From Aplysia californica (lineage: Eukaryota), in contig NW_004797665.1 of assembly GCF_000002075.1 (NCBI RefSeq), forward strand, positions 113,886 through 172,246: a stretch of 58,361 nt of DNA, given 5' to 3'. The notes under the pieces were generated by a model that made no database searches, was not told the origin of the DNA, and worked only from the letters and a program-made list of their open reading frames with translations. Made by a program: the position numbers and the translations under genes. Shown in pieces: positions 38,465-49,810 of the stretch. The stretch's first letter is position 1, and the number at the start of each line of letters is the position of its first letter.

Positions 38465-41400
38465 ACACAAGCTCGATTTAAACGTATCACTTATGTGTAG
38501 TGACTATTCAAATTAATAAGTTTGCCACATATGATGGCAAGCCAGACAAGTAGTTCTATTGTTTTGGCAGAATATTTCGCCTTCTGATAATCAGTGAGCT
38601 CAGTAGAAATGGCGCTGACTACAATAAAGACGACAGCGGTTCGAATCCTTACTTAAATTCAATTTTCTCGATTACACAGAAATAAACTACCGCCACTGCG
38701 CTGATATGGTCATAAAAACGTATGTCAAATGGTACAATCACGTGACGGAAGCAGGGTTCTGCTTTTCTCCTGCCATGTCGAAGCCTGGTCATTTTGCATC
38801 CAACCTACTGCCATTTTTCCAAGCGGACATATCTCTATCATCCAACTATATAGGACTATGTGTGTGAGCGTGCGAATGTGGTTTGTGCACAAATACGTGG
38901 TTATGCAAGTGTGCGTGTGAAGTACTTTCCAAATATTTCTCCACAATAGACTATTTTCTTCGCATGTCACTTCTATTCAGTCAGTCGGTCTGTCTGTCTG
39001 TTTGTTTGTTTGCTGTTCTCTCTGTGTGACGGAAACCTTCGACTCGCTTGGTTTTCAGATGCCAGCCAACTGCACAGAGAGCGGCCCAAAGGCCCAGCAC
39101 CCAACCTGACGGTCAGCGTGTGCGGCGCCGCTGACATGCATGGATGTTGTACGTAACCCTCATGCCCAAAACCGGCACAGAGTTAGGGAAAGGACAGATG
39201 GTGCAATGAGCTTTTGTCTTCTTGTGCTGATTTCGATTTTGTTTGTCTTCCCTTTTGTTGTTTTTTACGGGTTATTTGTTTTCTTTTTTGGTTTCGCTTC
39301 CTTTTCTATTTTGGACGTAGGGGGGAGAGGCAGTATTGTTTGTTTGTTTGTGTTTTGGGGATCGTACTTTGGAAAAGTACTGGGGGGGGGGGGCAGTAAG
39401 GGGGTCAGCGGTAGAATTTGTGGCTTTTGTCTGTAACAGCTTGATATATTTGGCTATTATTTATAACCTACGCTGAAAAATACGATAGGCTCAAATCCTG
39501 TAAGAAATTCTAAAAGGACGTCCTGTAGTTTCCGCTTTATTCAGAAAGCACAATCAGTATACAAAGGAAACATCACGCAGATTTTTTCTGAGTATGTACG
39601 TTTTTTCGATAGCTTTCACCTGATAACTTTAATCAATTTTATATAGTTAGCAAATCGCTTGTTATTTAGCACGCATACTAACAGCGTCAGTCTCTATCTT
39701 GTCTTGAATGGATTGTGAAGTATAATCATTAAACCAAACCATACAAGAAACGAGAGATGTTGTCATCCCTTCAAGCGTCAAGTTTTATTACTTGTTTTTG
39801 GTTGAATCAAAAAGGGAAAACGTTCAAACTTTCTCCCTTTTTCGTAGAGCTGAAAGTACATGACCTTCTGTCTGTATACTGTTCACTTTTGGTGTCGAAA
39901 GGCTGAATACCTTTTCAAAGTAATTGTAAATCTATCTCTTATCACTTTTTTAATTGAAAAAAATACAATGAAAGGAAATGACTGTTTGCAATGGATAATA
40001 ATTCAAAGTGGGAAAAGCTGTTATCAACACGAATAGAATATATAAAACTGGGGCACTTGTCACCTTAGCACTGCTGAAGTCGTTCATGGATACAAAGGGT
40101 CCTTGAATGACGTCACTGCACCTTCCATCCACTCTTCCATTTCTCTGACGCCAAACGTTATTAGGACAGTAAGCCAGGGAGCAGGAAACAGCTTACCCAC
40201 AGTGCCGGAGACAGGGATAAATATTGTAGTAGCTCGGTAATGAGAAAAGGGGAGATGGGCTAGACCACAGGTTTTTGGGACCAATGGTTGGACCTTAAAT
40301 GTGGGTCCCACAGAGGCCCCGGGGAGTTGTGGAATAGTTTCATCCAAACTGATTAGATAAAACAAAATGAAGGGAGCCACAAATGTCTGTGTTTTCAGAG
40401 CTTGTGGTCACTAGGCCAAACAATTATCTGCTCAGGGTCGCTCCAAAACATTTTGGGTGGACTCTAAGGGTAGACAAGAGTGAGATATTCCTCAAAGTTC
40501 AAGAGTTGCAAGTATATCGGTCAAAAAGTATTTATTGAAAGTACCAATTAATACCCAAGGGAAGTAATCGGGGGTAATTATACTTCACGGGTCATCCGTA
40601 AGGAAGACTTCTGCATGATTCTTAAATGTGTTTCTTTTTTACGTAAAGGAAAATATTAAACATGTCCAGAAAGGCCAGCCTTATTTGAATAAAGAAAAAT
40701 GAAAGCAAACAGGGAAATGAGGCAAAGTAAGTGTTCTGAAAAAGGTTAAAGAATGACACCAAATAGCCTCCATCTTCTTAGCTCCTGATTTGTCGGGTCA
40801 CTGTATAAAACAATATGATCTGTCGTCTGCTAATTATTTCACAAAATAATTATTTCAGATGTCATCTGGTTGTTGATAATCGTTTCTGGCTCGGCATTTT
40901 GAAATTACTGTAGCCAATTGCATGTAGCTATGGCATTCGGTTTATTTGCTAGCTCAAATTGCCTGTTGGTAATAGTTGCTTATAAGATCAACTTTGTCAA
41001 TCATGGGGGGGGGTTGTCATCTGAATTTCACTAAATCTGGATTGATTCGATTTTTTTCTCCTAAAACATTTTACATAAATGTTGGACAGACTGATCTGGT
41101 TAACAAAAGTGAATGGAATAACGCATTTTAGCTGGAAAAACAGTGGACGCTATCAAGTCTCTGAAAGAAATATGCATTGGACATTCTGAATTAATCTTCA
41201 CGTGTGATTTTTGTTGCTTGTTCTAGACTAGAGGTTTGGTCAGTTTCGTCGTTTTTGTTGTACCTTCCTTTTCCCGTTCTCACAACAATGTGGACCTCTT
41301 GACACCTTTTTATGGTTGTTTTATTTGCTGTTAATATTTTATATATTTAAATAGTACTTCACTGCATATTGCTGCAGGTCATAAAGATAATCCAAAGGTA

Positions 41401-43448
41401 TGTCCAAGCATTGTTGCTAGCACCAAAGTAGAGAAGAATTTTATCTCGACTCCAAACGTGTGGAAATGTTGCAAACAGTCTCTGATTTATCGGAAATTAT
41501 AACGGTCTTTGCGGTTCAACGGAAATATTCACACAAGTTACTTCATTTAGTTTTCAAAAGCCTATTTATGAAACTAATCTAAACTCAAATTTCTCTAAAA
41601 CAGAGATAAAAGTACATGGCCAACACAGAAGCTAGTTATGTTCGGAATCTTATATTTCCAACACTTTGACATTTTATTCTTCTCTCGCGAGAAGTGGGTA
41701 CATTGTATAACGCTGTCTTCCAAAAGACATTGGGAATGTTACAACAAGACGTGGGTTGAGAGATTTAATAAACCCCATCTGCGTCCAGTGCGCAACCATA
41801 CGCCCGACTCAATCTTTCTTACAAACTAAATCCAATAAGGGAAATTCCCAAAAGCTTCATAAACATTAGGGAATTACCAGTTAGACCTCAATGATTCCTT
41901 GAGCACCGTTCGGACACCGGCTGCTAATGAAATAATCGAATTCTGTAACGGCATGAAACGTTGCACGGCTAGTTTGTTCTCTTTCACCACAAAAAAAGTA
42001 GCTTGCGTTTAGAAATCCACAATGAACGCTTCGCTCAAAGACACCCCATGAGGATAATGCGACAAAGAAAGAACGTTTTGACATGACAAGCAATATATAA
42101 GAGTGCATATATTCATTTGTACTCTGTGCGGGGTTTTTTATCTGGAAAATGAGATCGTTTTTCACGGTTGTCTCGTTCGTGTCGTAGCAGGAGCAAGGGT
42201 GACCTGAATGAGGATGTCACTAGACAAGGAGAATTTGGGGGCAAACGTTTTTCCAATATTCAAAGCAAACGAAATAGAACATGGATTGATATATTATTTG
42301 AATCACTGAACAGGTAAAGTGATGCGAATATCAAACACAGGAAATATACTCGTGACAGTATATTTTGATCCGGACGTTCAAAACAAATCAGGATTCCAAA
42401 TTAAATTTAATTAAATTGGGGACATGTGCTCATTTTGACAACACTTTTGACTAAGGGCTCATATTTTTACCAATTTAGCTTTTTCTGGGAAGCACTGTGA
42501 AAGAGATAGTCAATAAGAACAAAATACACTATAAAACTAATATTATGTTCATCAAAAGCACTGGTTATTTTTTGTGGCTAGTTGCACCATCTTCGCAAAA
42601 AAAAGCTCTTTCTTGGGAGCTTACACAATTTATGTTGCCCGCGATTCGTTGATGATATTATTTTCATTTTGTTTGTTTTTTGCTTTGATCGAAAACATTA
42701 CACTATAGGTATTCTTTTTTTTTCAATCTGGGTAGTAAAGTTTTGGTTCGAGTATGCATGGCTGTGGAGCACTGGGGCATTGTGTTTGGAGTTTGTGGAT
42801 GATTAATTATTGTCATTTGCAATTAATACAGTTACTTCGGTATTAGATATCATTCTTTTCAATTGTTTTTTTTAAATAAATACAGCTCATTGTGGTGTCT
42901 GTCCTCCTCCGTATTTATTTATTGTTATTAGTTGTAATTATTATAATTATGTTTCTATTTAGCATACTAAATTTTGGTTTGTTTTAGTATGGGTCTTTTG
43001 AAAAAGTGGTAGACGGAAATGAATATGTTTTATTTTACGGTCTGATCCGAATAAAAGGGCAAGAATTGATAGTTTTGTGCAACGACAAGTTTTACTTTTT
43101 TTATTATTTTTTTTTTAATACACGACATGTGTGTAAAATCAAATCAACATGAAACGAGGAAGGTGGTTCTGAGTGACGCCGAAGGGAATAAAGCGAAATT
43201 AAAACAACGTTTATTCGGGGAGCCATCGTTTTATATTGAATGCTCTTTTGTCGTTTGTCTCATCCGTGGTTGCCTTCTTGGGCATCATCAACCACCCATA
43301 TTATTTTTTTCCTCTGTTCGTGTGGTCATCAACATTTTAAAAAAACATTTTATAACAGTTGTGTAAGTTGTCTTTGAAGCTCATGTAGTTGTCAGTATTG
43401 CTATAAGGGATTATTCGTATTTTTCACATTCTTCATATTGTTTCTGCT

Positions 43449-43655
43449 TGCGTCTGTGGTGTAGATGTTCGGTGCTTCGTTGTAACACGCAGGAGAACCG
43501 AGTTCGATTCACAAGTGGGGTTTTTATAAAGTATCTTAGTTTTTACGCTGGGATGTTGTATTCCTCTCTGCACGAGTTATCCTCAACAGGAAGGGTCGGA
43601 AGCCTGCCTCCTAAACGGTCTAATTTTTTCGTCGATGGTGGTATTAAAACACATA
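43449..43655 (+). mobile_element. tRNA-derived SINE family A copy
   Basis: GCGTCTGTGGTGTAG...CACGCAGGAGAACCGAGTTCGATTC...GCTGGGATGTTGTATTCCTCTC...AAGCCTGCCTCCTAAA, shared with the 11470-11848 copy. Confidence 0.75.
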
Positions 43656-43754
43656 TGTTTATTTTTTTTCTGTGAATATATAATGTTTCTTCTCAAATTA
43701 CTATCGTAAACCCAGTTTCATTTTCTGATGATGTTTCGTGTTCTTTTGTTTCAG

Positions 43755-43893
43755 TGATCTCTATCACTGGCAAAAGGTACGTAAATCTCGGAGAGCGGAT
43801 ACACCTTGTGTGCAACGCGTCCGGGGGAGTCCGGATACCTGACGAGATCGACTGGTTCAAGGCCGGGGACAAGATTGATTCGGTCAAGTACAG
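43755..43893 (+). CDS. Dpr/ZIG-8-like gene, exon C (N-terminal half of Ig2)
   Basis: Acceptor ttcttttgtttCAG|, donor AG|GTTAGT; 139 nt, phase 1->2. (V)ISITGKRYVNLGERIHLVCNASGGVRIPDEIDWFKAGDKIDSVKY(R) contains the B-strand Cys, C-strand Trp and an N-A-S sequon. Confidence 0.93.
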
Positions 43894-43935
43894 GTTAGTG
43901 TTGGTGATATCAAAGATTATGTTTTACAAAATGAT

Positions 43936-44282
43936 TCACTCTTCTCTTTGAACCAATTTAAAAAGTGTCCTCAAACCGCTTTGCGAACTGAGTTACCCTA
44001 CTTGTGTGGAAAAAAAATCAAAGTAAGTAAAATTTCGGAATAACGCCTTTTTAAATGGTTACGCTGACTAAAATTCTCTTCAGGTGGAAGGGGCGACTGT
44101 TTTCTTCGTTTAATTTGGCTTTAGAACGAGAGTCGAGAGGTCCTTAAAAAAATAAACCCAAAACTCCGTACTGAGAGAACCGGAACAGCTGATGCACAAG
44201 GGGGTGCTATTCCTATTCTTCTTCTGGAGAAACGAAAGAGAGCTTCAAAACAAAGACTGCAGCGACATCTGAACCAATGCAC
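43936..44282. repeat. Dispersed repeat; inverted homologue at 57903-58202
   Basis: Three reverse-complement blocks, for example TTCTTCTTCTGGAGAAACGAAAGAGAGCTTCAAAACAAA and CCGCTTTGCGAAC..AGTTACCCTACTTGT. The sequence between the blocks differs. Confidence 0.75.
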
Positions 44283-45350
44283 GGACTTCTGCCGACACTT
44301 TTTTGGCCGAGTGAACTATCTTGTTATATACAATCTTTGGCATTATATTGTATATGACTGACGCTGCGTATGGCATTGATGACGTTTTAGCTGAGCGCTG
44401 GTCAATCTTCACAGCTTCATCAAATTTCCTTCGGTGAACCCTAATTCTACGTCATTTCATTTGTACTTCTTTTTTGTGCTTCAAAACATAGCAAAGTGAG
44501 GCTACGACAGTTAATTTGTTGCCCCACATACGTTCGTATTATGAACCCTCACTACTTAGCTGGTGAAGCTTACGAAAACATCCAGGACGTATCTTTGATT
44601 TTTTTCTCGTGTTGTTTGCGTTCGTTCTTCGTATACTTTTTTTTATAAGTATATGGGATTATATGTGTATAATTTACCGGTATGTATAAAGTGTCTTGTC
44701 AATCTTCTTGCTATATTCGTCCATACTCTTTTCACAATCATATCGAGTACATAGATTATTACAAAGCTGGTTGTTCAACTTCTCGCACCCTCTAACTAAA
44801 CGAAGCCTCAAAAAAGATACAGAATTAAATATCAGACCTCTTTGAAGTTCAAAAATATATTTGATAATTCCACACTGAGTCTCACTGAAGTAAAAACCTA
44901 AATCTCAATAGCTTCTAATCTGTTGACTGTCTTTATATCAAATATTTATCTTAGTTGGAGATCCATATGTTCTCTCTTTGAACTGTTCTTGTAGAAGTGT
45001 TTTTGCTTGTTTGTTTTTTAAGGGGGAGGGGGGGCAGTTTTTGTTTGCTCGTCTGTCTGTTGTTGTTGCCTTTTTTTTGGCTGTTTTATTATTTATTTAT
45101 TTTTTGCTTTTATTTTGTGTGTGTTGTTGGTTGGTTTTTTGTTTGTTGTTGGTTTTTTGTGGGGGGGGGTATTGTTAACTTAAACTGCCTTTTAAGAAAT
45201 GGTGTACTTAAGTTCTTCAAGAAGATGAAAAGCATTTTCTCTTTGAGGATTTATTTACTTGTTGGTTTGTTTTGTCGTGGGTGTTCTGAAGAAAGCTTGT
45301 TTTTCTTAAATGAAATATATGATGTTATTGTGCGTCACTGTCTGTTTCAG

Positions 45351-45502
45351 AAATATTGTGATCGAAAAATATCAAAGCATGGCTCACCGGTCTTTCATCT
45401 CTGAGCTGATCATAGACCACAGCTCGCTGCACGACACAGGGGACTACATCTGTAGAAGCAGTCGGAACGACATCGCCAACCTCAAAGTCACTGTATTACA
45501 CG
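45351..45502 (+). CDS. Dpr/ZIG-8-like gene, exon D (C-terminal half of Ig2)
   Basis: Acceptor tctgtttCAG|, donor G|GTATGT; 152 nt, phase 2->1. NIVIEKYQSMAHRSFISELIIDHSSLHDTGDYICRSSRNDIANLKVTVLH contains the S.L.I and D.G.Y.C motifs. Confidence 0.94.
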
Positions 45503-45568
45503 GTATGTCTCTGTTTTTGTCTGTCTCCTTCTCTGTCTCTGCCTCTCTGACTCTGTCTGTCTCTGAAT

Positions 45569-45620
45569 CATCGCTAACCTCAAAGTCACTGTATTACACG
45601 GTAGGTCTCTGTTTGGGTCT
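45569..45620 (+). repeat. Local duplication of the exon D 3' end and its donor site
   Basis: Copy of 45471-45522 at +98 nt; 31/32 identity over the exonic part; donor variant CG|GTAGGT. Confidence 0.9.
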
Positions 45621-46006
45621 TTCTGTCTCTATCTCTGTCTCTATCTTTGTCTCTATCTCTGTCTCTATCTCTGTCTCTANNNNNNNNNNNNNNNNNNNNN
45701 NNNNNNNNNNNNNNNNNNNNNNNNNNNNNNNNNNNNNNNNNNNNNNNNNNNNNNNNNNNNNNNNNNNNNNNNNNNNNNNNNNNNNNNNNNNNNNNNNNNN
45801 NNNNNNNNNNNNNNNNNNNNNNNNNNNNNNNNNNNNNNNNNNNNNNNNNNNNNNNNNNNNNNNNNNNNNNNNNNNNNNNNNNNNNNNNNNNNNNNNNNNN
45901 NNNNNNNNNNNNNNNNNNNNNNNNNNNNNNNAGAAAACTTTATTAATAACAAGAGGGCGGACTACAGGCTTTGGATTTATGACGAAAGCAACTCTTTTTA
46001 CTCCAC

Positions 46007-46082
46007 GATAATGATAACATGTTAAGCTCTTTGACTAGGTTCAGGATAATGATAACATGTTAAGCTCTTTGACTAGGTTCAG
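46007..46082. repeat. Perfect 38-bp tandem duplication inside an older ~300-bp tandem duplication (about 45975-46578)
   Basis: GATAATGATAACATGTTAAGCTCTTTGACTAGGTTCAG x2. Confidence 0.9.
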
Positions 46083-46984
46083 TCAACTTGTGTTATGTTT
46101 TAATTTTTATTTAGAAGAGAGAAAATCACTACATCATTAGTTCAGCTGTGGCACATAAATAAAATCTAAGCAAAGGCAGACGGTGCTTGATATTTTCTCT
46201 CTTACATGGTGTCTGGGTTAACTAAAATATAACATTTTATGTATTCTTGGTATTGAAGAGAACATTATATTAAAGTGATATGAAGGGTTTTTTGTAATGA
46301 AACCAGCTCTTTTTATATTAGGATTATGATAACATGACTAGGATCCAACAACCTGTGTTATGTTTTAATGTTTTAGTTAGAAGATAAAAAAGAACATAGC
46401 TCTATTATTTCGCTTTTACCCTAAGTTCAGGTATGACACAAAACTATAATCTAAGCGAAAGCAAAGGACTGTACTTGATATTTTCTCTAATTCGTGGTGT
46501 CTGGGCTAAAATATTACGTTTTATGTACTCTAGGTAGATTATTGAAAAGAAGGTGGCAAAGTGATATAAAAGTTTTTATACTGACATTCGGGTTTTTTGT
46601 TGGGGGGGGGGGTTGGTTGGGGTTGTTGTTGGGGTTTGTTTTTTTTGTGGGTTTTTTTTTTTGGGGGGGGGGTTGTGTGTGTGTTTTTGTTTTGTTTTTT
46701 GGGGTTTTTTTGTTTCCCTTTGACATTACATCAGATTGAGTCGATTGTAGGTGTTATCATGAGCTACGTGTTACAGTTGTTTTTGTTAAGCTTTAGTTTT
46801 TCCCAATGGTTTATTTTTACTTAGGTAATACCAAACCTTAGACGTTCAATTTTCTACAAGACAGAGAGTTCTGTACTGTAAAGCTTTATTTGTTTGTTCT
46901 TGTCGCTTCTTTTGCTGTTAATGCCTCTGTCTTTAGTTCGCAAAAGGGTTGTTAGATTGAATGCTACTTCCAATAGCTTCCTGT

Positions 46985-47151
46985 AAGTAAGTAAGTTTAT
47001 TTAGTGTTTAAGGCCATTGGCCCACATCACATCATACAAAACACTCATTTGATAAATAGAGTTTCCATTAATAATAAATAAATACAGGCTGTGCACATAT
47101 CTCTCATCATGAGTCAAACATTGCATATTTCTGTCACTGGGCAGAGTCAGG
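46985..47151 (-). mobile_element. 5'-truncated LINE-type 3' end (CR1/L2-like) with (TTAC)n tail and 14-bp TSD
   Basis: CAATAGCTTCCTGT repeated at 46971-46984 and 47152-47165. The minus strand ends GGCCAATGGCC(hairpin)...AATAAAC(TTAC)n. Confidence 0.75.
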
Positions 47152-49336
47152 CAATAGCTTCCTGTGTACTCCATTGAGAACAACCCACATCGATTTCAAA
47201 AACGACCCGATTTGCATGGTCTCTTTCTTGTAGACTCTCATCCTGAAATATCCGCCATTTCAGTAAAACAGTCCAAATTTCGAGCTTAAGTGAATTCTTC
47301 CTACTCTTACACCGATTTACTGGTTTAGTGCTTTTCTCTGGTCTTCTGGTGTTCTCCCATTTCCATAGACATTATCTATCTAGATCAACGTCCTCGCGTA
47401 CCGGAAGCAAAGCCGTCTCTCGGGGCAGTCATGTAACCTAGATACTCTCAGCATGTAATTTTAGCCATACTTTTCCTTTGTCCTGACGACCTGTAGGGCT
47501 TGGGGGAAAAAATCCCCTTAACCAAACCCCATCTTTAATAAAATAAAAGGAGTGGCGAACCATACTGGAATTATCCAACAACGTTGGAAAGGTTTTGATT
47601 TCAGGCCATGTTTCTGGAAATACTTTTGACAAGTTTTACCCACAAGACATAGTGGTTACCTCTGGTTATGTGCTCCCTGACACTGTATTTTAAAATAGTC
47701 ACTAGTGTGTACCCGAAGAAATCTCTCCACAGGCGCGCACATTGAAGATAATATTCTCAGAAAGGCGTAACATCGAAAATTCAGGGGGTCTGTGTACGGT
47801 ACTTCAGAAATGGTCAGGAGATAAGCATTAAACTACAAACGGTTGGAAAAAGCAACTACAAAAAGCTATGAAACGGAACGTGGTAATGAAATGTAAGCGC
47901 ACCATAACAAATAAATGTTGACACAAATATTTGTCTCTCCTTTGGAGCATATCAAGGAAATCAAGATCTGAAGGGAGGAAGTATATCTTAGGCAATCTAC
48001 ATGTAGTTCCTCTATGTCTACCACAAAGCAAAGCTATAATGCTTTGACATCGTTTGTCAAAACACTAAAAGTCATCAAAAAATGATTTTCCAAGTCTTTA
48101 GATTCCATCTCTCATTTTGTGCACTTCAACTCTGTTTTGGGAAGGAAAATGGTGCTCCGGCAGTTTTGGAAAAAAAAAATGTTTTAAGGCAGTTGCTGAT
48201 ATTGATTACCGTTTTTGCCCCCCTCCCCCCTTTCCCCACCCCCACCCCCATGCACAATGAACATAAAAGAAATCGCGTGTTATCTTATATTCTCCTCTTT
48301 CTCCCGAAGAGGGTCGTTGATCTTTTCTCCCCGTGTCTGCGGCAACCTTCATCCCCCCCCCCTCTCATGTTCACATGCATCTTGGTTTGCCTCATTATTG
48401 TCCAGACATCGGGTGGCCCCACGTGACCAAAGTGTTACTTAAATGCAGATGGCGCTGTATACCACCCACGTCTGCTGGGAAATAGACAATCCATAATGTA
48501 TTACCCGGTATGATTTATTCTTTATAGCTCCCCACGATGGCAGAAATTATTATCTGAATGTCTGAACAGCCTCGGACAATAGACCAATGGGACACTGAAT
48601 ATTAAACATGTTCAGGTGGCGTGGCGAGAGATTCAGATCTAGAACGTTCATAAAAGAAATATCGTCGCGGCTTTGCTTTGATTAGCGTCGTTATTATATA
48701 ACTGTGTGCGCAATAGTAGAGCTTTCGGGTTGAGTCCGTTATGAAGACAGTCCTTTTGTTGTTGTCTCTGTAAATCTGTAATGCAATCTCTGTTCCTTTT
48801 ATTGTGCTACAACGACTTCCTTTTCGCCTGAGATAAAGAGTAGATTTTTTTTTGTATTTTGTTGTTTTTGGGGGTTTGTTTTGGATTTATTTTTTTTTGG
48901 GGGGGGATGTTCTTGGATTGGGTTTTTTTTTTAGATTTGCATTTCTGTTGTTTGTTTTTTGTTGGGGTTTTTTTTTTTTGGGGGGGGGGGCGATGCTTGG
49001 TTTGCAAGTGATGGTCGTGGAAGCGATGTCAGTTATGTATTGGGGGTGTGGGGGAGGGGGGAGGGGGTGTTATACATGTTCTGATCCCATTTTTTATAAA
49101 GTAAAAGAATCTGCACACCGCAATTCTGAACAGCAGCTTCATAAACATAAGGCCGCCTGTCCTCTTCTCAGTGCGATGTTATTTTAATCTACTAATGCTA
49201 ATAGAACTATATACAATAAGTCTCTAATTGTTTGCAAATTCATGATTATGGTGGCATTGCTTTTTTTAACTGCTTTACGAGGTTTTTATTTAATTGTTAA
49301 TCTTAAAACTTACTGATCGTTTTGATGAACTCAACT

Positions 49337-49547
49337 GGCGTCTGTGATATAATATAGCAGTTAGGGGCTTCGCACACAGGAGACGTGAGTTCGATTCCTG
49401 TCTATGAAGAGTTGTTATCGAGAACCCCTAACTTTCTGCTGGGAAGGTGTATCCCTTTCACCGTGGGGTGGTCTTGATAGGAAAGGTTAAAGCAGCCCGT
49501 CTCCTATAAGATTTAAATAGTATCGATTTGGTCTTAAAACTTCTACT
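49337..49547 (+). mobile_element. tRNA-derived SINE family A copy (diverged)
   Basis: GGCGTCTGTG...CAGGAGACGTGAGTTCGATTCC...CTGCTGGGA...TAAAAC. Confidence 0.65.
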
Positions 49548-49574
49548 TTTTTTACTGGTTGACCTAATTTTTTT

Positions 49575-49752
49575 TATAATTTTAGCAGAGATTTTACAGC
49601 GCTCCCAGCTGCATAAGGTCATATGAGCGCCAGAAGATTAGAGGTGTTGCAAGAGAGTAACAAACATAAAAAAGGCGAGATAAGGACGATAGGTGTTGGA
49701 TAGGAAAGAAGAAGCAGAAGCAAACCACACCAGAGCACCTGCCAACCACCCA
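49575..49752 (-). mobile_element. Retroposon family C fragment
   Basis: Colinear with 57015-57190 (ATAAGGTCATAT...GATAGGAAAGAAGAAGCA...CCAACCACCCA); the tail motif also occurs at about 10220-10270 and 58051-58100. Confidence 0.7.
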
Positions 49753-49786
49753 CGTTGACCTAATAACTTTTATTTACATTCCACAG

Positions 49787-49810
49787 CTGGAAGGGACAAC
49801 TACAGGAGAG
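49787..49810 (+). CDS. Dpr/ZIG-8-like gene, 24-nt microexon E (stalk, AGRDNYRR)
   Basis: Branch-like CTAAT upstream, acceptor ttacattccaCAG|, sequence CTGGAAGGGACAACTACAGGAGAG, strong donor AG|GTATGT. Symmetric phase 1->1. Confidence 0.78.

Noticed and set aside
38590-38655. tRNA-like A/B boxes (GCTCAGTAG...GGTTCGAATCC)
   Set aside because: No intact cloverleaf seen; more likely a decayed SINE head than a tRNA gene.
40108-40115. Palindromic CRE (TGACGTCA)
   Set aside because: A single 8-mer in 58 kb is about what chance predicts.
46007-46082. 38-bp direct repeat as a CRISPR-like array
   Set aside because: Two adjacent units with no spacer, in eukaryotic intronic DNA, with no cas genes.
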